64,000 nucleotides of DNA from Podarcis muralis (GCF_964188315.1 NC_135657.1:434001-498000), one strand, 5' to 3'; counted from the stretch's first letter, positions 1-12,480 are shown. Translations and numbers: made by a program. Notes: a model not told the origin generated them from the sequence alone.

Positions 1-2238
1 CAAGAAAATAATGTGTGTTCAAGTTTTCAAGAATTGCAAAGACCACCACAGGGCAAAGAGCTCACAATAGTACCATCCTCTTTTTTGCTTTGTACAAGTT
101 TGGGTCTACGGTATTTCATCCAGACAAGACCAGCCCTGAGGAGCTATGGGCCAGTGACATCTTCTGGCCATCTCTAGTGGAAGAAACCCTCGCTGCTTCC
201 AAGAGAAGAGCCTTTCCTGGCATGCTTTGTGGCTGAGAGAGAGCATGGATGAGAGCAGGGAACTCACTCAGGCTAGAAGAGCCACGCTTGGGATTGGGGA
301 ACTCCAGGGCGGTGGCGGCTGGCAAGCTTGCACAATGCTCAGAACCCCCCGGGCACAAGAGAGGGGGCTCTGCAGTTGGGCCAAGATGCAGGAGGACCAG
401 GCTGCCACCTGCCCTGTGGCTCCGGATCGTGGCAGAGCTTCCAGCCTGCCTCCACACGGGGACCAACGCCGCTTCTGCTTGACATTATCTCACTGGTGTT
501 CCTGAAGCAGCTGAGTCCAGGGGGTGAAGCAGCTGCTCTTTCAAACTCTCTTGCTCCCCGGGACCTGGCAGGCAGGGGGCAGCAAGGGCTCCACGGCACC
601 ATTTGCGCCTGCCAGCAGCGCCTTTGGCTGGAGCCCTGCTCTGCCCTTGTCTGTTGGGATCCTAGTAGCTGGTGTGGGAGGCCAGCAAATGCCCTTGGCT
701 CTCCCCTCCGAGGCTCCTTTGAGAAGAGGGAGGAGAAGGAAGCGCGGCTGTGGTGTGACTGGCATCTGCGGTGTGGATCTGGCCCTGAAGCAAACTCGGA
801 GGCCTCCGCCTGCCCCATCCTCAACTGGGGCAGGTCCTGCTTCAGGCCCCACGGAACTGGGTGGCTCCTTTGGGTCCCACTGGGCATTGGCAGGCTGGGC
901 TGGGCACAGGCGGCAGAGGGAGAGCCTCCCCTCCTGCCACTCGCCACCTTCGGCTTCCTGGCTGCCACTTCCCCACAACCTCTCGATGAGCCATTTTTGT
1001 ACTTAGTGGGGAACTGAACGGGTGGTTGTCTGACGGGTTTGGTCAGCTGAAGCTGGGGGAGAAATCAGGAGGTGGGCCATTTTCCCTTCCCTTGGGCTGG
1101 GAAGAGCTTCAGGGCCTGCAGCGCTGCTTGGGAGGCTCTGCCTGGCTTTGCCACCTCCTCCCCTAAGTCTGGGAGCAAGTGGATGTAGGCTTGGTTGTGG
1201 TCGTTGTCCCAGCACCAGAACCCTGACCTTAGGATCCCCCCTCTGTCCTCCGCATGCACCTTATTCAGAGACATTTCCCTCTCCCTTCATGCCTCCCCCC
1301 AAATCTGTTAAGATTCCCACCCAACCCCCCGAAGCCAAAAAATCTTTGGAAAAGCCCAGAGCCCTTTTCTGCCTCTTTCCCTGCCTGTTTTCTCTTCCCT
1401 CCATCTCCACTCCCAGCCCCATTGATGATTCAGGGGTGGTGGGGGGCTTCTTGCAGCCCCGGTGGCTGGCAGTTTTGTCCAGGAGGTTCCCACTGCTCAG
1501 CCCCACCTGAGGCTGCCTGTGAGGTGTGCAGAGGAGGCCCTGAAGCTGGGGGGGGGGGGAAGGTCAGGGGGGCTAGTGAAAAGAGGGGAGGCTGCTGGAC
1601 TCCTGGACTGGAGAGGCCTCTGGGCTTGGCTTGGCTGGGAGTGGGGTCGCCAGGCACTCATGGCCTCCCTTCCTCTGGCAGCTGTGGAAGAGGAGCTGCC
1701 TTGGGGAGAGGACTTCAGGCCTCTGTTTCCCCATGACCCACTGGAAATCGGGGGAGGGGGGCAAGGGAGATGGGAAGGCAGCAAGGATCCTGCACTACTA
1801 AATCGCGTGCCCTGGGGAGGGACTTCAAGAGAAGCCCTCCCCTGCCCCACGTGTGCCTGGGCCCCTTCCCCACCCCCCTCCCTTGGCAGGGAGTCTCTGG
1901 TCTGCTCCTGGGCCCAAGTGGTGGCTGAGCCAGAAGCAGCTCCTGGCCTGGTCAGCCCCTTTCCCGGATGCCTGCCCTGCTGGGGTGGCCAATGGGCAGC
2001 TTCTTGGGGGCTGAGCTCTGTCCTGGCAGGAGCAGGGAAGGGCCTTGTCCCAGGAGCCCCCCACCCTCCATCGCCTTCCGCTGTGGCTGGCTAGGCAAGG
2101 ACCGCCTCTCCCTGCCCGGTTGTGGCGGCCGTGGGCGCTGTGGCTGCTGAGGTGAAGGGCTGACCCCTCGGCGCCCGCCATGTCCGGTTTTACTTCCTGC
2201 TTATATGGGCTGCCTCTTTCTCTCTCTCTCGCCAACAG

Positions 2239-2262
2239 TCTTTCATAGGATTTTTGCTAATG
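2239..2262 (+). CDS. NRBP1: NRBP1 alternative 24-nt microexon encoding (V)FHRIFAN(V)
   Basis: The sequence is ctctctctcgccaacag|TCTTTCATAGGATTTTTGCTAATG|gtgagc. It is phase 1/1 and frame-preserving. The peptide matches the VFHRIFAN insert I recall from the longer NRBP1 isoform and the VWHRIFSN segment of NRBP2. Confidence 0.88.
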
Positions 2263-4128
2263 GTGAGCAAATCTCTCTGCTCTGTGATGTGACTGTGACC
2301 TTTGGAGCATCTATCTATAGAGATATAGATATGAGAGCATCACTTTGTATATTGGCATATATGACGCTCGTTTTCTTCCCTGGTGAAGGCTGGCACCTGG
2401 GCTCTATGTAGCGCCACCCCAGTCCTGCCACCTGTTGGGGCTCCTCGTGTGGGGGGGGGCTGCCTTTCTGCTGCATGGCTGCCTCCTGCATGTGTCCTGG
2501 GCTGCTTGTGCCTGTGGAGAAGCTGCTGCCTCCCTTGCAGCCTCCTCCTCCTGCGCTCGTGGCCCTGGGGGGGGTCCTGCTTGCTGTTTGCTTGTGGCTT
2601 TGCTGCCTCCTCCTCCAGCTCCCTGCGGCCGGCTGCTTGGCAATGGGTCGGACGCGTGTGGCGGAGCCTGACTCTTGGGAGCTGTGTGCCTGGTGCCGCC
2701 TGCGCAGGGGCCTGGAGGTGCTTAGGAGACCCTGGCGGAGCCTTGGAAGTGCTCAGGCCCTGCAGCTGCTCTGCTGCCGCCCCCTTTGGGGAGCTGCCTG
2801 CGTCGAGGTCTGCCTTGGGAAGGGCCTTCTCTTGCTTCCACTGCCAGCAAGGAGAAGACACAGGGCTGGCGGAGAAGGCCAATGCCTGGCGCAAGATGAG
2901 CTGTGCCCTGCAGGCGGTGAGACGGGGGCCCTGGGGTGTCCTCCCCCCCCCCCCCCGGCATGGCCAAGGACTGAAAGAGCCCTTCGCTTTGGGCAGGCAA
3001 GAAATCCTTGGGCACCTTGGTCCAGGCGAGCTCAGTGGAGCGGAGCAGGTGGAAGCTGGACGGGAGCAGGGCCGAGAGGAGAGGTGGCGCTCGTGGCGCA
3101 GAGGCGGCAGGTAACGCGAGGAGGAGGAGGAGGGCGGCCAGGGCGCTGGCGCTGCTTGGGCTGCATGCAGGTGGCATGTCTTGTGTGGAAGGGAGCCTGG
3201 GCCAGGAGCAGAGCTCAGCCTTTTCTCTGGGGTGGGTGAGTTTGGGTGGTGTGCTCAGTGAGTCGGGCGTGGCTGTGTCTCTTGGCGAGGTTTTCATGGG
3301 CTGGGGATGAAATTCCAGGGTCTGTCAAAGGCAGAAGGAAGTTTGCAAAACCAAGCCCGCTTGCTTCCTGGGCGTACCACTGGACAGTGCATTTGATTGG
3401 GACACTTGAAGCCCTAAGTCTGGCAAAGACACGGCAGCTACACCGGAGGGACCTCTTTGGGGCTGGGGGCGCCTGCTATGCACCCCCCCAGAAGACACTT
3501 TCCGGAGGAGCCAAGGTGGTGGTCGGGGGCTGGGTCTTCATCTGCCACAGAGAGAGAGAGAGAACACTTTCAGGGAAGGGAAGCCCAAGCTTATTTGACT
3601 GCGTTGAGCTGGATCCCAAAGAAGGTGGGCAGCAGGAAGATAGCTGCCAGCTGCGTTGGCAAAAGCTTGCCTGGGCAAAAGTGAGCCCAGTGCTCCAGGA
3701 AGCTGAAGGCCCTGCCGTTCTCCGCCAGAGGAAGGACAGAAGCTGCCCTCTTCCGAGTCGAGAGCCGCGTGGCCTTGTCTCTCTTGCCTGATGCCAGCAG
3801 CTCCGCCTTGCTCCGTTTGCCTGCCTGAGAGCCTCAGCCGCAGGTGCTGCAACTTGAATGCCAGACTTTCTTCCTGCAAAGCATGTTCCCCAGCAGAAGG
3901 AAGCCTTTCAGCAAGTCTCCCATTTTTGGCATGAGGGATAAAAACCCCTTTCTGTGACTAGAATACGCTTGCTGTGTACGGAAACTCTGCAGACAGATAG
4001 GATTAGCACATGCAACTCTATTTGGTGGCATATTTCTGAAATTAAAAATATAGGTGCCTTACATTTATTCGGATCAGGACAAGTGTGCCTGAGCTTTTGC
4101 TGGTTGAGAGACTGGGGAGCGTCCAAAC

Positions 4129-4377
4129 CATGGGTAGGCAGACTAAGGCCCGGGGGCTGGATCCGGCCCAATCGCCTTCTAAATCCAGCCCGCAGACAGT
4201 CCAGGAATCAGCATGTTTTTACATGAGTAGAATGTGTCCTTTTATTTAAAATGCATCTCTGGGTTATTTGTGGGGCATAGGAATTCATTCATTCCCCCCC
4301 TCTAAATATAGTCCGGCCCACACAAGGTCTGAGGGACAGTGGACCGGCCCCCTGCTGAAAAAGTTTGCAGACCCCTG
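4129..4377. mobile_element. Non-autonomous hAT (Charlie-like) DNA transposon
   Basis: Imperfect TIRs (catgggtaggcagact / agtttgcagacccctg) and a perfect 8-bp TSD gtccaaac at 4121-4128 and 4378-4385. Confidence 0.85.
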
Positions 4378-4636
4378 GTCCAAACCCTTGTGTACATGTC
4401 TGGCCCCCTGTGTAGAGGCTGAAATTAAAACTAACCAGGAAGTCCAAACCCCTTACAGACACCACAGTTCTAACACCTGGTGGAAACCCAAGGAGGAGAG
4501 GCCAGGATATCGTTCCATGGGTCAGAAGTGGAGTGGGAGATTTGGCTTTGGGGGTCCCTGGGGGGACAGGGAAGCAGCAGGGCTGGCGAGTGCTTATGTG
4601 GAGCTTTGGAGCGAAATTTTAAGTAAAAGACAATTA

Positions 4637-4880
4637 CAGTGGTGCCCCACAAGACAAATGCCTCGCAAGACGAAAAACTCGCTAGACAAAAGGGTTTTCC
4701 GGTTTTTTAGTCGTTCCGCAAGACGAATTTCCCTATGGTCTTGCTTCGCAAGACGAAATGTCTTGCGAGTTTGTTTCCTTTTTCTTTAAGCCGCTAAGCC
4801 GTTAATAGCCGCTAATAGCCGTGCTTCGCAAGACGAAAAAACCGCTGAACGGATTAATTTTGTCTTGCGAGGCACCACTG
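4637..4880. mobile_element. Tc1/mariner-pogo (Tigger-like) MITE
   Basis: TIRs cagtggtgccccacaagac / gtcttgcgaggcaccactg with TA on both sides; internal repeats of cgcaagacgaa. Confidence 0.85.
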
Positions 4881-5888
4881 TATATATAAAAAACCATCAG
4901 GTGGGAGGCTGGGGCAGTGGCTGAGAGGGGAAGGTCCATTCTGTCTGCTAGGGTGAAAAGCACCATTTTAAGCTCAAGTCAGTCTTGGAAAATGGAAAGC
5001 AGAGAACATGAATCTTGCCTTCCTGGCAGTGATCCAAGCGCAAAGAAAACGTTAAAGGGTGCAAGTCAGGAAGTGTTTGGCTTCAGTGTCTGGGAAATGA
5101 CCTTTAAAACCACATCTGAATTGCGGGGGGGGGGGGGGTGAGAGAGAGAGAGAGAATTTGGGGCTCTTCTAGCAGGCGCCTCTGGCCATTGAAACCACTA
5201 GGTTGGTAATTTGAGTTGCGTTGAGGTGGTCCTATGATGGTTTACTGCTTCCAGAAGGGAGTCTGGGGCACTTTGGGAGGACGGGAGAGCTTTGCAGCAA
5301 AGGAGGTGGTGGCAGCAGCTCTGGAGCTCCAGCTTGCCTGAACTGAGCATTCCTGCCATGAAGTCTTCCTCTGCCATTCCAGGCCAAAATTGAGCTTCCT
5401 TCTCATGTGCAGGCTACCAGGTCACAAGCCGGATTTTAGGGGTGCTTTGCCGCAGGCCATAGCTGGCATAATCTTCCCTTCTAAGGCAGCAGCAGCAGCA
5501 CTTGTGTTAGAAAGTGGCTGGTACTGCGTCTGGCTTTGGGTGCCGAGGAGGAAGAGGAGGAGGCTTGGTGCAGCTTCTGCCCCAGCGTCCATCTCCTCCT
5601 GCTCATCGCTACTACCCTCAGGGTGCCCACCAAGTGCTGCCCTCTGTGTGGATCCCTGCTTTGGGGCCTGGGTCTGCGGCACCCTTGGCTCCAGGGCCAC
5701 TGCCCCCTCCCCTTGGCATTTCTAAGGCGACTGGGCCCTTGGGATCTTTGCTCTTGAGTGAATGGATGGGGCAGCAGTGGAGGGGAGGCAGCCCTCTTTG
5801 GTGGGGAGACAGAGGCTGGTGCAAACCTGATCAAGTGGGAACCCCCCTCTCCGTTGCTGGGCTTTCAGGAAAAGGCCTGAAGCCGGCC

Positions 5889-5889
5889 A

Positions 5890-5927
<38 letters not shown>
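5889..5927. repeat. Compound (GT)n(GA)n microsatellite followed by a G-run
   Basis: Read directly from the sequence. Confidence 0.9.
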
Positions 5928-5940
<13 letters not shown>

Positions 5941-6463
5941 AGGACTGTCTTGTCTGTACCCTTCCCTGTCATTCAGGTGTCTGTGGGTGGGTCAGTGTGG
6001 GTGTCTGTGGAACACCAGCTGCTGCTACTGCTCAGGATCCCCCCCCCCTTACTCTGCAGCCCCTTGTGCCTGCCTTAGTGCTGGTCCAGCTGGCGCTCCT
6101 CTGCAGTGGAGACCCAGGAGCAGCAGAAAGGACTTCCTCTGCCTTCTTCCTCCAGCAGTGCTGCCTTGCCCACCCCCACCCCACCCCCCCGCTCCCAATG
6201 GGCTCATCTGCTTTCCCTGGTGGGGTTCCTTTGGCTGCTGGGGCTTGGAGCTCACCCAGGAACGATGGGAGATCTGGAGGAGCATGTGGGCCTGCCTCTC
6301 CCCCCTTTGCTTCTGAGCTGCGCCTGCCCTTGTCTTGTGCTGGGACTGGACTGGGGTGGCGGCAGCTGTGCCTGAATGCCCTCTGCCCGCCCCATGAGAG
6401 CAATTTGGGAGGGAGGAGGAGGCTCAGCCCCTGATTCCTTGCTGTTTCCCCCCCCCCTTCCAG

Positions 6464-9400
6464 TGGCCCCAGACACCATCAACAACCATGTGAAGACGTG
6501 TCGTGAGGAGCAGAAGAACCTGCACTTCTTTGCCCCGGAGTATGGCGGTAAGAAAGGGGGGAGAGCAGCAGCTGAAGTGGAGGGCTGAAGTGGCTCATCA
6601 GGGTTGCACCAAGTTTCCATGTCTTGAGGGGCCCCCCCATGTTTGGTTTCTGTTCAGAGTTCGCACACCAGCTACACTGGGTGGCTTAGATACCAGTCCA
6701 AGGCTAAATGCCCGGAGCATGACTCATCCATCCTTCCTTTCTCTAAGGCAGTGCTTTTCAGCCATGTTGTTGGACTACAACTCCCATCATCCCTGACCAC
6801 TGGTCCTGCTATCTAGGGACAATGGGAGTTGTAGTCCAACAACAGCTGGAGCCCCACGGTTGAGAAATGCTGCTCTAAGGAACGTGTATGGGCAGAGGCG
6901 GCTATAAAGCTGGGGTTGCATTCAGGAGCGTTGCCAGGAGTGTGAGCTCTTCCCCAAGGAGAGCTTTTGCTCAGTGCGAGGTGTTGGTGGAGTAGCTGCA
7001 GGTTACATGCTGTGTGGTTCAAGGCAAGCTAGCAGCGTCAAGTGCTAGTGGATTTCTCTTGTATCTTCACAAGGTCTCCTTCTAAGACCAGAAGAACGGT
7101 ATTCTAGTAGATTAGCTCATGTAGCAGCCTCTCTGAAAGGTTCATGTAGCTGAGGTGTTTATGCTTGTCTTGTGCCATGAGACAATAAGCACTTTGAACT
7201 GAACTGAGTGGGAAAGGAGGTTTCTTAACTGGGAGCTCTGGGAAAGACTGGCTACTGGAAAACAGGAAAACTCTTGATACTCTGCTAGAAGACTCTCCTG
7301 GATTCTGGAGCTGTGCATTCTCTGCTGTTTGCCCTGGTCAAAGTGGGGCGTAGTATCAGCTACAAATGGTGGCTCCAAGTCTTAACAGGTTATGGGCCAA
7401 TAACAACTGGTGCCCCCCAACTTCCCAAGGCCCAGGACTGAGTGGCCACTCTGAATGGCCATTGCCAGCCAGCCAGGGGGGTCCTGATTCCTGGTTTTGT
7501 GTTCCAGAAGTTGCACATGTGACGACCGCGGTGGACATCTACTCCTTTGGGATGTGTGCGCTGGAGGTAAGGCAAGGAGAGCTGTGAAGAGGGAGGGTTG
7601 GGGGGCATAGCTGCTTTCCCCTCCCCCAAACCTCAAATCCTTATGGGAAGGGGCGGCTTGTCCGGCATCCTGGTCTTATCTCGACAGGGTTAGGAGTGCA
7701 CAGTGCATCTCCTTGTGTCGTGGAGGGGGGGTCATTTGGTCTCTGATTTCTGAAACCTCCAGGAAGAGAAGAGAGAGACCCATTTGGAAAGGAGAGAGCC
7801 AGTCCCCTTTCTCTCCCTCCTTGTGTGTGATAGTGGCTGGTGGAGCCCTTTGGTTCCTCCGGGATCGCAGCATGCCAACTGTGGGGCTCAGCCCCCCACT
7901 GAGCTGTGCTTCTGCTGTCCCTGCAGATGGCGGTGCTGGAGATCCAGGGCAATGGCGAATCCTCTTACGTGCCCCAGGAAGCGATCAACAATGCCATCCA
8001 GTTGCTGGAGGATCCCTTGCAGCGGGTGAGGCGCCCCTCCCCTCCTCCCTCCCTCCCTCCTGGGACGGGCACAAGTCTCGGCCTTCATGTCTTCTCCTTC
8101 CTTTCCCTCCTTCCAGGAGTTCATCCAAAAGTGCCTGGAGCTGCAGCCCAGCAAGCGACCCACGGCCCGCGAGCTCCTCTTCCACCAAGCCCTCTTTGAA
8201 GTGCCCTCTCTGAAGCTCCTGGCAGCCCACTGCATTGTGGGCCATCAGCGTGAGTGGAGGCTGGGGAGGCCTAATCCCTTCCTCCGGAGGCCGAGAGCAG
8301 AAGCAGCCAAGGGCACTGAGCAGAGCGGCCCTTGCTGGGTCTGGCCTGGCACCTTTGGCCCTCTGTGCCTTCCCAGCTCCTGGAGAGCTCTTTGGGGCAG
8401 GGTGGAAGGCTGCTGGGGCTTTCTCAGCCCCGAGGGCCCTTTGAGCTGCTCTGACAGGTGGCCCTGGCTGGGTCCCCTCCTTCCCTGCATCAGCCTGGCC
8501 CTCAGTTGGTGCTGTGATGTACATCTTGTGGTGCCGCATTCTGCTTGGGGAGTGGTGGCAGCCCCCACCCCCCACTCTGAAGGCAGGAAGTCCCTGGACC
8601 ACTTTCTGGCTTGGGTTGCCACAGGGGAAATAACTTCCCCTAGGATCCATTCGTCCCTCACCCCACTCTGATTGCTTCTCTTCCTAGTGCTCCTCCTCCT
8701 CCTCATTTTCCCTAAACTGAAAAGGCCCAATTATTTTCACATTCCGTTTTTAGAGAAGGTTCCCAGTATCTTGGTTGGCTTTATCCACGCCCCTCTCCTG
8801 CCTTTATGAACAGATGCTAGGATGTTGGCAGTACAAAAACGCCTTGAAATTCAGGTGCTCTCATAACACACTAGGCGTGGCGTTTTTCTTCCTGCCATCA
8901 CTCACTGAGCGTGTTTTCTGCTGCAGCCCAAAGGCCTCTCCCATTGGCCAGACCCTGTCAGTTTGGATCCCATGGGGCATCTGGGAAGTGTGGGTGTTTC
9001 TGCCCCAGAGGCCACTTGCTTCACTCTGACTCCCACTGCACTTCTTTCAGCCAGTCTGAGAGATCATTTGGGGGCTCTTTGCAAACCACTTGGGCTTCCT
9101 TTGTCCTGAATAATTTGCAAATTTGGCCACTTTTGATGGCTCAGATCATTTCTAGTCCAAGTCATAGAATTGGCCCCCGTACAGACCCTTGGACGGCCCC
9201 TCTCCTGCCTTCCATCAACTGCTTTGAATTGTAGATGGGGAAGGGACCCTGAGGGTCATCTAGCCCGACCCCCTGCAACGTTCCTGAAAGACTCCTTTGC
9301 CTCCTGACAGACATGATCCCAGAGAACGCCCTTGAAGAAATGACAAAGAACTTGGACATGAGTGCAGTGTTGGCCGAGATCAACCATGCCGACCGCGAGG

Positions 9401-10598
9401 GCGTCCGCATGATGTGAGGCTTCTCTGAGGGGCTGGGAATGTGGGGAGGGGAGGGCAAGCAGTGGGTGTCCCTCTGGCCCCTCCCCAAGGAGGCCAGGGA
9501 GGGGAGCAGACAGCAGCGAATTTGCATTCAGCATTGAGGTCCCCCTTTATCTAACTCTGTGCTTTCCCCACCGCACAGCTTCTCCCAGTCCCCAGCCCTG
9601 GAGCTAGACAAGTTTCTGGAGGATGTGAGGTGAGAATTTTCTTCCACCCCCTTCTTGTGTGCCAGGGAGCCTCTCCTGGGCTGGCCAGCCTGGACCCTTG
9701 CCTCCTTCCCTTCTCTTCCACCAAGTGGAAGGCCTGCAACTTTGCTGCCCACCTGGGGAACAGAGCCTGACCCCTCTCCCCCTCTAGGAACGGCATCTAC
9801 CCCCTCACGGCCTTCGGCCTGCCCCGCCCTCATCAGCCGCAGCAGGAGGTGGTGACGTCTCCCATTGCGCCCCCATCGGTCAAGACGCCCACGCCAGAGC
9901 CTGCGGAAGTGGAAACCCGCAAGGTGAGTTGCTGTCCTGCTCCGCTCAGGTCCTGGAGCCTGGCCAGCAGGCACAGCCAGGGCCTCCCACCCCACTCACT
10001 GCCTCCCCTTGCCTCCCGCAGGTGGTCCTGATGCAATGCAACATCGAGTCAGTCGAGGAAGGGGTGAAGCACCATGTATGTACCAACCTGGGCTGGGGGG
10101 GGGTCTCTTCTGCCACGCTGCCCTACTTGAAGGGGCCTGGGTTGGCTGCGCGCCAGGGGCCAGGGACTGACTTTGGCTTCTCTCTGCCCAGTTGACGCTG
10201 CTGCTGAGGCTGGAAGACAAGCTGAACCGACACCTGAGCTGTGACCTGCTGCCTAGTAAGTCCCTCCCTCCCTCCTGGCTGGGCATTGCTGGGCAAGGGA
10301 AGCCCTCCTCTTCCTCCTGACTTTTGCTGCCTCTTCTTCTCCCCCTCTCCCAGGTGACAATATCCAGGAGCTGGCGGCCGAACTGGTCCAGCTGGGATTC
10401 ATCAGTGAGGTAGGATCCTGCCCACTGGCAGGCTGGGTGGGTGGGCTCAGCCCATGAGTGGGGCTCTCACTGGCCTCTCCTTCCCTCTGCCCCTTGCAGG
10501 CTGATCAGAGCCGGCTGAGCTGTTTACTTGAAGAGGCCTTCAGCAAGTTCTTCTACTCGCGGAACGGAGCGCTGGCGGCCGTCACCGTCTCCTCCTAA
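6464..10598 (+). CDS. NRBP1: Nuclear receptor-binding protein 1 (pseudokinase), C-terminal 11 coding exons; 5' exons lie upstream of the window
   Basis: GT-AG exons: 6464-6547, 7508-7566, 7927-8025, 8117-8249, 9311-9413, 9579-9629, 9788-9923, 10022-10075, 10192-10255, 10354-10409, 10500-10598 (TAA). All phases join. The translation [28 protein letters not shown]...[34 protein letters not shown]...[21 protein letters not shown]...AVTVSS matches NRBP1. Confidence 0.97.
6749..6872. mobile_element. 124-bp hairpin hAT MITE
   Basis: Perfect 8-bp TSD ctctaagg at 6741-6748 and 6873-6880; imperfect TIRs; perfect 22-bp internal inverted repeat at 6766-6787 and 6822-6843. Confidence 0.88.
9105..9205 (-). 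mobile_element. Degenerate CR1-type reverse-transcriptase fragment
   Basis: The minus strand reads roughly [12 protein letters not shown]...NDL...KVAKFA, resembling the CR1 RT motif GVPQGSVLGPILF..FINDL..KFADD. Confidence 0.6.
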
Positions 10599-11355
10599 GG
10601 GCTGCCCCCATGCCAGCAGTGCCCGGGCGCTGCCTCCGCAAAGGGCCCCCTCCCCCCGCCAGGCCGCTGCTGCCACCGCTGCACAGAACCAGCTTGGCTG
10701 TGCCTCCTGCATGTGCCGCAGCCGCCAGGAGCCCCGCAGACAATCGCTGCCACCATCGGGAGGGGGGGCAGGAGGGAGGGGGCAAGGCGGGGAAGGGGGG
10801 CTGTGTGCCTTGTCAGTATTATTCCCCCCCGGGGCCAGTGGCCTCCCTCTCCCCCCAGCTCAACGCATGGAGTTTTGTTTTGCTTGAATTGTACAGAGGT
10901 TTTTTTTTGCACAGCACAGAGATGTCTGTCTTGTTATTTAAGGGGGGGGAGGGGGGAGGGGGGAAGAAGAGTAAGGTTGGCTCCTCCCCCTGCCCCTCCC
11001 CCTCTCTCACAGGCTTTCCAGCCCCACAGTCACCCCCTTCCCTGGCAGCCTCACCCTCCTCTGGGCGGCTCCTTTTCTCCCCCTTGCTTGGCTGCCCTTC
11101 TTGCCCTGGGTTGTGCAGCAGAGGCACCTCCCCCTGAGCCCTGGAGAAAGTGGGTGGGCAGGTGGGCACAGGGCCATGAATGTCGCAGGTGCAAGAGGCA
11201 GCCAGCAGCTGGCCAGACACCGCCCCCCCCAAGAGCTGGGTTCCCCTCCCTCCCCCCCTCCCCAACAGGGCTGGGGCCGGTTGCTCAGCGACGGGCGCCC
11301 ATTCCCATCTCCAGAGCTGAGGCTGCTCCAAGTGTTTGTTTCTGTTCCTATTTTT

Positions 11356-11361
11356 AATAAA
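11356..11361 (+). terminator. NRBP1 polyadenylation signal AATAAA
   Basis: AATAAA about 760 nt after the stop codon, in U-rich context (tttttaataaactgttttgt). Confidence 0.75.
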
Positions 11362-12120
11362 CTGTTTTGTAAATAAGCCACAGTGTCCTCATTGTCTCTG
11401 GTCTTTGGGGAGGGGACCAGCCCCCAAGGGGAGTCAGCTCCTGCCTGCAGAGGGGGCGCTCTTCTTTCAAGGCCCCCTTTGAATAGAGAGAGCTGCAGGG
11501 AGCAGCTTGCGCCTCATGCCTCTTCAAAGAAGTACTTGGGCTGGGCAAGGCTGGAGGAGCGGGGGGGGGGGGACCCCCAGCAGGCAGTGGAGGAGCCCTC
11601 CCTGGTGGACTCTTCTTCCCTTGCAGTTTTTAAATGGAGGTCAGATGGTCATCTGTCAGGGATTCTTCCGCTGTGATTCCTGCATTGCAGGGGGTTGGAC
11701 TAGATGAGCCTTAGGATCTTCCATCTCTATGAGCCCTCCTGCATTGAGGGTCAAATTCTCTCCTCCCCTTGTAGCCCTGGCAGCGGGGGGGGGGGGGGGC
11801 AGCAAGTGTGCTGCTGTGTGAAGAAGAGAAAAACCGCTCCTTGAGGCTGCATCTCAGGCAGACAGATGTTAGTCCTCTAGAGGAGTAGCTGCTGGAGTCC
11901 TGCACGTCTCTACTTTTTGAGCCCCCATTGGATGTTAAGGCCACAAAGCCAGAGAGGAGGAGGCCTGGAAGCCTGGGCAGGCAGCTGGTGGGCTTCAGAC
12001 ATTTCCACTCACCTTTTTGGCTGTTTCTGGCTAGAGAGCTTCTTCCACACAGTGGCTGACACTGCTGGTGGCAAGGAGTTCCCTCGATAGGAGCCAGAAA
12101 AAGGTAATGCTGCATACATT

Positions 12121-12480
12121 TTTTTAAAAAAAAAACTTTTTTGATACAACAGGAGAAAGAGGGGAGAAAGAAAAAAAAGAAGAGGGGGAGGGAGAATAAA
12201 ACAAAAGAAAAGGGGCTTTTGATTCTCCTGTTACATAAAAAAATTCAAAACATTCCTTTCATGACAACAACCAACTACTTTACTTTCCATAAACCAGTAT
12301 TTTTCCAGTCTTCAAACCCAGATGTGTTTTCCTTATCCTTTTCACACAAAAAGTCCAAAAGGGGTTCCCAGTTAAGGATACTGATAAATGTCAGCAAGAG
12401 TTTGTCTCAAACATCAACTTTGTCCAACAATTTCACCAACCATGACTATATCAAATAATGATAAATCTTTCCCTCTGCAG
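12121..12480 (-). mobile_element. Degraded L1-like LINE 3' end (ORF2 C-terminus and 3' UTR)
   Basis: AT-rich segment with A/T-run terminus; the minus strand contains a ...WEPLLDF-like ORF2 end. Recognised by resemblance only. Confidence 0.5.

Noticed and set aside
3890-4080. AT-richer intronic segment considered as a snoRNA
   Set aside because: No convincing C/D box pair with terminal stem or H/ACA fold. No tRNA, rRNA or snoRNA gene could be supported anywhere in the window; the tRNA-like boxes belong to SINEs.
4637-4880. Short repeated motifs that superficially resemble a CRISPR-like array (also 54468-54709)
   Set aside because: They are internal subterminal repeats of TA-flanked MITEs in a vertebrate genome, with no regular spacers.
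6050-6200. Possible mutually exclusive NRBP1 exon (cag|TGGAGACCCAGGAGCAGCAGAAAG)
   Set aside because: Only a faint similarity to REEQKNL and no suitable donor in phase.
1-6463. Long ORFs (200-250 aa) on both strands in the first 6.4 kb
   Set aside because: Low-complexity GC-rich translations with no recognisable domain. The region is NRBP1 intron, and the upstream kinase-domain exons (IIHGNLTCDT...) were looked for and not found, so they lie outside the window.
11400-12120. Possible KRTCAP3 or other gene downstream of NRBP1
   Set aside because: No frame resembles KRTCAP3 and no credible exon chain was found.
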